Virus record (IMG/VR): IMGVR_UViG_3300020045_001001
Coordinates: 1 to 26,170 of that record
Source: a virus
Lineage: Duplodnaviria > Caudoviricetes
Strand: one strand, 5' to 3'
Length of the DNA: 26,170 nucleotides
Of this stretch, positions 1-6,493 are shown one piece after another (positions within the stretch are counted from its first letter, which is position 1; each line of letters opens with the position of its first letter). The translations under genes and the position numbers were made by a program. The notes under the pieces were generated by a model. That model worked only from the letters and a program-made list of their open reading frames with translations. It did not search any database and was not told where the DNA came from.

Positions 1-39
1 GGGGTATCTCTTAATCGGAGTACCCCCTATAATTTTATT
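1..39 (+). terminator. Probable intrinsic terminator hairpin (upstream gene lies outside the window)
   Basis: GGGGTA-TCTC-ttaatc-GGAG-TACCCC imperfect stem at 1-26, followed by an A/T-rich tract (ctataattttatt). The left arm may be cut by the window edge. Confidence 0.5.
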
Positions 40-50
40 AAGGAATACAA

Positions 51-359
51 ATGCGCCCACAAGTAATTACGCAGTCTGGTACAGGAACCTCCGCATGGAT
101 TCCATTAGACTATAAACAAGCTCCATTTAATGTTGGTATGGGAGCCGTAGTAACAGGAACAATTACGTTTGATGTTGAACACACCTTCGATGATGTGTAT
201 GACTCTACCGTAACTCCAACTGCTTTTAAGAATTCTACGATTGTTGGGAAGACCGCGAACACAGATAGTAATTATGCTTTCCCTATTCGTGCTGTACGTA
301 TTAATAATACAGCAGGTACTGGTAGTGTAACATTGACAATCTTACAGGGAATACGATAA
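51..359 (+). CDS. Hypothetical virion protein, 102 aa, beta-rich (possible decoration or fibre adaptor)
   Basis: RBS AAGGA upstream of the ATG; TAATG overlap with the next gene; Thr/Gly/Val-rich; located in the structural arm. Confidence 0.7.
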   Translation: MRPQVITQSGTGTSAWIPLDYKQAPFNVGMGAVVTGTITFDVEHTFDDVYDSTVTPTAFKNSTIVGKTANTDSNYAFPIRAVRINNTAGTGSVTLTILQGIR

Positions 360-1822
360 TGACTGTCTCAGTTGGTAATGGGGTTTCTATAGGGAACTTA
401 GTTACTTCTACCGTCGATCCTGTCACCGGGGGGATTAGAACTTCGGTTGCTGGAAGCGAGACTGGCCGGAAGTACCTCGGCCTCGTGGCATCTCGCGGCC
501 AATGCCCCTCTGACAAGGGCAATGCAAATAAGCAGTGTATGGCCCGATCGAAGCACGTTGCGATGGCAAACATCGCGTCGCTGCAACTCGTGTACGCGAA
601 CTGGATGGCCTATCAGTCCGGGGGCGAGACGACGCCGGGGGCGGCATCGCAATACACAGCGTCGATCGAATACCCAGTCGGCACACTCACCCGAGTCACG
701 TTCTCGGGCGCAACGACTGGAATCGTCGCCGATGGTGACACGCTGGTTTCCGACGCTGTTGCGATTGATATTCCGAAGGGCACCGCATTCTACGTTCGCT
801 CGTGGCAGTTTAGCCCCGGGTCACTTGGCATCATGTTCATGCAGAACGCCGGGCTGAATAACGTCGTCGGCTCCGTGCCCGCGAGCGGCGAATGGTTCGC
901 GTTTGGAACCACGACGGCGGACTTGACGGGCGTAACGACGAATGCTAACAACGCGCTCAGTCCTGGACATTTCAAGCCGACGGCCATTATTGGCCTTACG
1001 GACAGCCCGACGATCATGCTGATTGGTGACTCGCGCCTGGAGGGCGGGATGGTGCGGGACACCATCCCCAATGCCTTCGGCGGCATTGGGCAGCTCGATC
1101 GATCTTTGGGCGGAAGGTTCGCCACGCTGAGCGTAGGCCGGGGCGGCGAGAAGGCGTCTGACGTTGTTGGCTCGGGGTCGGATAAGCGGGTCGCGCTGTC
1201 AAAATACGTGTCTGCCGTTGTCAGCAACTACGGAATCAACGATTGCCACAATGGAGCTGCTGCGGCCACCACCATCGCAAATCTAGCGACGCTGGCGGGG
1301 CGGATCAATAAGCCGTTCTATCAATGCACGGTATCCCCCGAATCCACATCGACGGACAACTGGTCGACGGTCGTGAATCAAACCCCTAACGCCGTAGGGA
1401 ACCCATTGCGCGTCGCTTTGAATGGGCTGATTCGCAATGGCCTGCCTGCCCCGTTTTCCGGGTACATCGAGATAGCAGACCCGACAGAATCCTCCCGCGA
1501 TTCTGGCGCGTGGAAAGTCCCCGGCGCGTCATTTACGTCGTCAGCAATTTCCGCCTCGGTAACGATCCCCGTTGCGTCACCCGTTGGGATTCTGGCCGTT
1601 GGGCAAACGCTGTTCGGCACAGGAATAACCGGAACGCCGATGATCATCGGGCTAAATTATTCAGCCGGCTCTGTGTCGTCTGTCGTCGTCAATGTCGCGC
1701 AGACGCTTACCGGCACCCCGGCTATAACGACGGCACACACGACTGATGGGATACACGGAGGGATGTCGGGGAATCAACTGATTGAGTTCTCACCAGCCTT
1801 CGCCAATTTCTTGCCTGCGTAA
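359..1822 (+). CDS. SGNH/GDSL hydrolase-domain spike or fibre protein (putative polysaccharide deacetylase), 487 aa
   Basis: All four SGNH blocks are visible: I MLIGDS, II SVGRGG, III SNYGIND, V TTDGIH. TAATG-coupled to the upstream gene. GC-rich (57-68% in three hand-counted 60-nt lines) after about position 440. Confidence 0.85.
   Translation: MTVSVGNGVSIGNLVTSTVDPVTGGIRTSVAGSETGRKYLGLVASRGQCPSDKGNANKQCMARSKHVAMANIASLQLVYANWMAYQSGGETTPGAASQYTASIEYPVGTLTRVTFSGATTGIVADGDTLVSDAVAIDIPKGTAFYVRSWQFSPGSLGIMFMQNAGLNNVVGSVPASGEWFAFGTTTADLTGVTTNANNALSPGHFKPTAIIGLTDSPTIMLIGDSRLEGGMVRDTIPNAFGGIGQLDRSLGGRFATLSVGRGGEKASDVVGSGSDKRVALSKYVSAVVSNYGINDCHNGAAAATTIANLATLAGRINKPFYQCTVSPESTSTDNWSTVVNQTPNAVGNPLRVALNGLIRNGLPAPFSGYIEIADPTESSRDSGAWKVPGASFTSSAISASVTIPVASPVGILAVGQTLFGTGITGTPMIIGLNYSAGSVSSVVVNVAQTLTGTPAITTAHTTDGIHGGMSGNQLIEFSPAFANFLPA
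423..440 (+). repeat. Left member of an imperfect inverted repeat pair (TCACCGGGGGGATTAGAA); putative recombination site
   Basis: 14/18 identity to the reverse complement of 1825-1842 (TCAGCGAGGGGCTTATAA). It lies at the AT-to-GC transition inside the SGNH gene (codons DPVTGGIR). Confidence 0.55.
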
Positions 1823-1824
1823 TT

Positions 1825-1842
1825 TTATAAGCCCCTCGCTGA
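1825..1842 (-). repeat. Right member of the imperfect inverted repeat pair (TTATAAGCCCCTCGCTGA); putative recombination site
   Basis: Begins 2 nt after the SGNH stop codon and ends 62 nt before the recombinase ATG; 14/18 inverted match to 423-440. Confidence 0.55.
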
Positions 1843-1904
1843 TCCGCGCCCGACCACAAACCGAAAATCGCACCTTCTCTGCACCATCCTAACTTTGGAG
1901 CATT

Positions 1905-2801
1905 ATGAATATATTATCTAATACTATAGGAATGTTTGTTCCAAAGTATAGGACCATACAGCAGTGGTCTGTTATATACAAATTATTAATAGAGGATAAA
2001 CCTATTTGTGATAAAACAAAAGCAAATAGACTAACAAGTTTACAATATATCACCACTAGATTTGGTGATTCTATTATAAGTAACATTCGTCCACATGAAA
2101 TTTCCAAGGCAATCTTAGAATTGTATAAAGAAAAGCCACAAAAAGCTAAACGAGTATTAATAGAAATCAAAGATTGTTTTGCAGAAGCTCTTATATATGG
2201 ATGGATCAATAGAAATCCAGCAATAGGTGTTAAGATTCCACCAGTAAGAGTTGTAAGAAAGCGATTGACTCTAGAACAGTGGTGGGGAATGTTAAAAGAC
2301 TCTATGATAGAAACACCTCCATGGGTTTCTAGAATGTTAGCTCTAGCCTTAATTACTGGGCAAAGACGTTCTGATTTAGTTAAGATGAGATTTTCTGATA
2401 TATGGGATGATGCCTTACATATAAAACAGCATAAGACAGGCACCCTTATAGCCTTACCATTGGATCTTACTTTAGATGCCATAAGTGTATCTCTTAGAGA
2501 TCTTATAGAAGATTGTAAATCTTATACCACTAAAGGAGAGACATTGCTACGTAAACATAATGGAGAGTCTTTGGGAGATGCCTCTCTTAGTGCTAGGTTT
2601 GAAATTACTAGAGAGAAGGCTTTAGGAAGTATACAACATCCACCGTCTTTACATGAATGCCGCTCACTTTCTGAACGCTTATACAGAGTACAAGGTATTA
2701 ATACAATGATGTTACTTGGGCATAAACACCAAACAATGACAGATTTATATAACGACGATAGGGGCCTATCTGATGGAGTATGGAAGGTACTTTCTATATG
2801 A
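1905..2801 (+). CDS. Tyrosine recombinase of the lambda Int family, lacking the N-terminal arm-binding domain, 298 aa
   Basis: Catalytic set R (ITGQRRSD), K (QHKTG), HxxR (HECRSLSERLY), H (LLGH), Y (DLYNDDRG) parallels lambda Int (HELRSLSARLY, LLGHK, YRDDRG). RBS GGAG; AT-rich. Confidence 0.93.
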   Translation: MNILSNTIGMFVPKYRTIQQWSVIYKLLIEDKPICDKTKANRLTSLQYITTRFGDSIISNIRPHEISKAILELYKEKPQKAKRVLIEIKDCFAEALIYGWINRNPAIGVKIPPVRVVRKRLTLEQWWGMLKDSMIETPPWVSRMLALALITGQRRSDLVKMRFSDIWDDALHIKQHKTGTLIALPLDLTLDAISVSLRDLIEDCKSYTTKGETLLRKHNGESLGDASLSARFEITREKALGSIQHPPSLHECRSLSERLYRVQGINTMMLLGHKHQTMTDLYNDDRGLSDGVWKVLSI

Positions 2802-3094
2802 GAAATTATTATGTATCTGGTCAGTGGAATTTAATCTGTGATTCATGTGGAAAGAAGATTAAAACCGGGAAGGCGAAGAAACGGTGGGATGGTTTAGTTG
2901 TCTGCCCAGAAGATTACGAGCAACGACATAGCCAAGACTTTGTTCGTGCTAGACAAGATAAGATTACAGTACCATTTACACGACCAAGGCCGCAAGACAT
3001 TTTTGTTGATGTTGTTTATGCGTGTACCACCGATGGCAAAACAGCAATAGCTAATAGGGCTGTTGCTGGTTGCTCTATTACAGGAACCACTTAA
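2798..3094 (+). CDS. Phage virion-module protein with Cys motif (CDSCG...WDGLVVC), 98 aa
   Basis: ATGA overlap with the recombinase stop; RBS GGAAGG; start revised from 2780 to 2798. Confidence 0.75.
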   Translation: MRNYYVSGQWNLICDSCGKKIKTGKAKKRWDGLVVCPEDYEQRHSQDFVRARQDKITVPFTRPRPQDIFVDVVYACTTDGKTAIANRAVAGCSITGTT

Positions 3095-3095
3095 T

Positions 3096-3554
3096 ATGGC
3101 TAGTACCGTATTTATAAATAATAACACAGTGATTGTAGCGGACTGGCTAAATGATGTTAACGCTGCTACATACTTGACAAGTGGTTCGGTATTAACTGCC
3201 GAGACGGTTGCCACGGAGTTAGCTAACAAAGTGCCCCGCACTACTCCTACAGGATCTGCAACATTACCATCAGGGACCACAGCGCAGAGGGATGCCACTC
3301 CTATAGATGGAATGATTCGTTATAATAGTACCCTCTTGCAGTTTGAGGGGTATTTTAACGGCTTATGGCAGAGTGTTGGTGGGGGACAGTTGTTGGGGAA
3401 TGCATCCATCAAAGGTATATTCTATAATGCTAATACTATTAGTGAAAACATCACAATCGTATCTGGAACAAATGGACATAGTGCTGGTCCAATAGCAATC
3501 ACACCGGGGTTCTCGGTTGTTATTGAACCTGGTGCAACATGGAAGGTACTATAA
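3096..3554 (+). CDS. Tail fibre-associated protein, 152 aa
   Basis: ATG 1 nt after the upstream stop, with AGGA upstream; the LPSGTTAQR...GMIRYN...FEGY motif is typical of phage fibre proteins. Confidence 0.75.
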   Translation: MASTVFINNNTVIVADWLNDVNAATYLTSGSVLTAETVATELANKVPRTTPTGSATLPSGTTAQRDATPIDGMIRYNSTLLQFEGYFNGLWQSVGGGQLLGNASIKGIFYNANTISENITIVSGTNGHSAGPIAITPGFSVVIEPGATWKVL

Positions 3555-4033
3555 TGAGTGTAAATATTGATGGTAATACGGGGATTGATGAGGTTCAGCC
3601 GGGTTGTGTTAAAGGAATCACTGACGGAAGCAATGTGCCTGCTGGGTATGTCGGAGAGATTTTAAGTGCGGCTGCTAGTGTTGCTGGAATCTTAAATGCA
3701 ACTGCGTTTACATCAGCAACCCTAAACCTCTCACCGGGGGTGTGGGATGTAAGCGGGTTGTTAATTGTTGGCGGCACAAGTGCTACTATCTCTCTGGCTT
3801 CTGCCGATGTTTCAAGCACAGCCTCAGCGCTAAATGCTGATAGTGTTGCGCTTCAGTTGGGGGGCAGCGCGTACACTACAGCGGCCACCGGCCCGTTAAG
3901 TATCCCGACAGTAACCCGTAGAGTAGTGCTGACGGCACCCGCCAACGTGTATCTAGTAGGAACTTTTTACTTTGGGTCCGGAACCCTGGCCACTAATGCA
4001 AGTGGTAAACTTACTGCTCGGAGGGCCGCATAA
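3554..4033 (+). CDS. Tail fibre or receptor-binding domain protein, 159 aa
   Basis: TAATG overlaps at both ends; G.TDGS...AGYVGE, LSPGVWDV and terminal ARR motifs resemble phage fibre C-terminal domains. Confidence 0.7.
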   Translation: MSVNIDGNTGIDEVQPGCVKGITDGSNVPAGYVGEILSAAASVAGILNATAFTSATLNLSPGVWDVSGLLIVGGTSATISLASADVSSTASALNADSVALQLGGSAYTTAATGPLSIPTVTRRVVLTAPANVYLVGTFYFGSGTLATNASGKLTARRAA

Positions 4034-4260
4034 TGGCAAATGATCTTCAACTCAATTCGATCCAGCTTGGTAACAACGCCGATCCTAGTAAGAACTACGT
4101 ACTCAAAGTTCCTTTGGTTGCCGATGGCACCCTGCGAATTGAACGGGGGGATGGGACAGGCCTCGGCAACTACGTTAACGATGCGGCAGCGGCCGCTGGG
4201 GGAGTTCCCCTGAATGGCCTGTACCGTAACGGTAGTCTGCTGATGACAAGGGTAGCGTAA
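4033..4260 (+). CDS. Small fibre-related protein, 75 aa
   Basis: TAATG coupling at both ends; C-terminal NDAAAAAGGVPLNGLYRNG resembles a fibre terminal motif. Confidence 0.7.
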   Translation: MANDLQLNSIQLGNNADPSKNYVLKVPLVADGTLRIERGDGTGLGNYVNDAAAAAGGVPLNGLYRNGSLLMTRVA

Positions 4261-4487
4261 TGGCAAACATAGGACTTAGAACGAACCCTGCCGGTGATGG
4301 TGGTGCTATTACCCTTGGCGGCACCGATGTGGTTAAGGTGGATGCCTCCAGTATAACAATCCCTGTTATTACCACGACTCAGAAAACTGCATTAGGCAAT
4401 GCAGCAGCCAGAATAGTGTTCGACTCTACTCTTGGAAAACTGTGTATCAACGATGGGGCTGGTTGGCAAACAGTGACCTCAGTATGA
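4260..4487 (+). CDS. Small fibre-related protein, 75 aa
   Basis: TAATG coupling; P..TTTQK.AL...IVFDSTLGKLC...G.GWQTVTS fibre-type motif. Confidence 0.7.
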   Translation: MANIGLRTNPAGDGGAITLGGTDVVKVDASSITIPVITTTQKTALGNAAARIVFDSTLGKLCINDGAGWQTVTSV

Positions 4488-4533
4488 GGCTCCAAGAGCT
4501 TCGCCACAATAATGAGCTATATTAGGAGAAAGT

Positions 4534-4770
4534 ATGAATGAACAAGACATTAGACGAGAGTTCGACTTTCTTCTACAGACCCATAGGGAAGATGAGGCAG
4601 AGCAGTTTGCCTTAATCCAAGCAGATATAAAACAATTACGCACGGATATGAGGGCTTTCACGGATGCTTGGCAACAAGCTCGTGGGGTAGTTACTTTTAT
4701 TAAGTGGGTAGTTAGTATCGCTGGAGGTATTACAGCCTTTTTACTATTTATTAAGGATCATATCAAATGA
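4534..4770 (+). CDS. Coiled-coil protein with a C-terminal transmembrane helix (holin-like or XhlA-like), 78 aa
   Basis: Strong RBS AGGAG; hydrophobic segment WVVSIAGGITAFLLFI near the C-terminus; ATGA overlap with the next gene. Confidence 0.65.
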   Translation: MNEQDIRREFDFLLQTHREDEAEQFALIQADIKQLRTDMRAFTDAWQQARGVVTFIKWVVSIAGGITAFLLFIKDHIK

Positions 4771-5477
4771 CATCAGGAACAACCACATTCTCTGTTACAC
4801 GGGATGATATTATTAAAGGGGCTTTACGTAAGATAGGTGTGGTTGCTCAAGGTGAACTCCCCACGGCAGATCAAACGACTGAGGCGGCCTTTGCATTAAA
4901 CCTAATGGTAAAGGCATGGGAAGCAGACGGGATGCCCTTGTGGGCCTTGCGTACTACTCCTATTCCTTTAGTTTATGGAAAGACTACATACACGGTAGGT
5001 CCTGTTGGGGATGTTATTACAGATAAGCCCCTGAAAGTATTGCAGGCATGGAACAGATCTACCTCTAATATAGACATTCCTATGCGCCTTCTTACCAAAC
5101 AAGAATATAACATTCTCGGTAATAAGAGTACATCAGGTAAACCTATACAATTATATTATGAGCCGCGTCTTACCGATGGGGTTGTCTCTTTATTCCCAAC
5201 CCCGACAGTGGCAGATGTGCTAGAATCCACGATATATATTGTATATCAGAGACCATATGAAGATTTTAATATTGCTACAGATGCTCCAGATTTCCCACAA
5301 GAATGGTATGATGCCGTCTTGTACGGACTCGCTGTTCGTTTAGCACCTGAATACGGAGTTCCTATAGATCAACGGCAAGTGCTTGGTCGTGAAGCTGCTG
5401 ATATTAAGGCTGCTGCTATGTCGTTCGGAACAGAGGAGGGTTCAATGTATTTTATGGTTGAACGTAGAGGATGGTAA
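4767..5477 (+). CDS. Head-tail adaptor / packaged DNA stabilization protein (P22 gp4-like), 236 aa
   Basis: N-terminal DIIKGALRKIGV...ALNLMVKAWEADG and C-terminal LAVRLAPEYG patterns resemble P22 gp4-type adaptors. Confidence 0.75.
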   Translation: MTSGTTTFSVTRDDIIKGALRKIGVVAQGELPTADQTTEAAFALNLMVKAWEADGMPLWALRTTPIPLVYGKTTYTVGPVGDVITDKPLKVLQAWNRSTSNIDIPMRLLTKQEYNILGNKSTSGKPIQLYYEPRLTDGVVSLFPTPTVADVLESTIYIVYQRPYEDFNIATDAPDFPQEWYDAVLYGLAVRLAPEYGVPIDQRQVLGREAADIKAAAMSFGTEEGSMYFMVERRGW

Positions 5478-6493
5478 CCCAACTACAGGATGTTGCTAAT
5501 ACAGTAGCCAAAGAGAAGATCAGTAGTGACCGGTTACGGAATGAAGAGATTCGCCGTAGCATGGCAGACCCATGGAGTGCCACTACAGAGGCTACAAGTT
5601 CTGGTAGTGGTACTACCCCTTCAAGTCTCACTCAAGTGTCAACCACGCCCTCTGGTGTGGCTCCTACGATGGCTAGTACGTATAGCAACCTAAAGAATAA
5701 TTTCCAGGCTCTTGGTCTAGATGATACAACAAACAATGTAGCCAACAATTCCAAGGCAACGGATTCTTTTGGATCAACAACCAATTGGAAGACACAGGGT
5801 TGGGCACCGGGGGCTGCATCCTTAGGGGCAAACCTACTTGGTGCTGGGAAATATTCCGGTTTAGCTGGGGCTGCTACTAGTCTTATGCAAGGTAACACTA
5901 CTGGTGCAACGGCCGGACTTGCTTCTACCATAACAAACGCCCTTAGTAAAGGACAGTATCCGGGATTAGGTAGTGCAGTTGGGACAATAGTCGGGGGTGT
6001 TCTTGGAGACAAAAGTGCGTCCGATATAGGAAAAAGCCTTTTTAATTCTGGGCTTGGTACTTTATTTGGTCTTGCTAATCCTGTTGCTGGTATTGGATAT
6101 AACGTGGCTCGTATGCTTGGTGTAGATCCAGCACGTGGATTATCGTCCTTATTTGATACAAAGGATTATGCATCTGAAGGCGGACATGTAGGAGGTTTTG
6201 TGACACCACAATCAGATTATACAGGGTACACTCCAGGACAGGCGTACGAACCGGGCACAAATAACCTAAGTGTGGCAGCTCCAGAAACATCTACAGAATA
6301 TGGATATTCACCTGAAGGATATGGATCTGGTGAGTGGACCCCCTCATTAGGATCCATCTTTACTAATGGGCAACTTAGTGGTGGGACATCAGGGTATTCT
6401 CCCGGAACGTATCATTATGGATATAGTAATCCTGCTGCGAGTTATGGTGGGTGGTCTAGCAGCTCAAGTAATGGAGATAGTGGAGGTGATTAA
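5471..6493 (+). CDS. Gly/Ser-rich putative internal virion or ejection protein, 340 aa
   Basis: RBS-like GGAGG/AGAGG upstream; overlaps the upstream gene; TAATG-coupled to the next gene; glycine-rich hydrophobic middle and low-complexity Gly/Ser/Tyr tail. Confidence 0.6.
   Translation: MVTQLQDVANTVAKEKISSDRLRNEEIRRSMADPWSATTEATSSGSGTTPSSLTQVSTTPSGVAPTMASTYSNLKNNFQALGLDDTTNNVANNSKATDSFGSTTNWKTQGWAPGAASLGANLLGAGKYSGLAGAATSLMQGNTTGATAGLASTITNALSKGQYPGLGSAVGTIVGGVLGDKSASDIGKSLFNSGLGTLFGLANPVAGIGYNVARMLGVDPARGLSSLFDTKDYASEGGHVGGFVTPQSDYTGYTPGQAYEPGTNNLSVAAPETSTEYGYSPEGYGSGEWTPSLGSIFTNGQLSGGTSGYSPGTYHYGYSNPAASYGGWSSSSSNGDSGGD

Noticed and set aside
205-212. CTACCGTA, the same 8-mer as the polymerase insert, also at 12111-12118
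   Set aside because: An 8-mer is expected about once by chance on both strands of 26 kb, and the flanks do not match.
398-1746. Several alternative-frame and antisense ORFs inside the GC-rich cassette, considered as an alternative C-terminus after inversion
   Set aside because: They are short, expected in GC-rich DNA, lack motifs, and none begins at the right-hand site; simple shufflon-type inversion is not supported.
1889-2482. 197-aa ORF antisense to the recombinase
   Set aside because: It shadows a gene with a full catalytic motif set and has no recognisable motif.
3727-3740. CCTCTCACCGGGGG, a 13/14 direct match to 419-432 (left cassette site)
   Set aside because: It encodes the protein motif LSPG in a different frame from DPVTGG, lacks the ATTAGAA half shared by the two cassette sites, and recombination here would give an out-of-frame fusion. 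Probably chance, though worth including in a motif scan.
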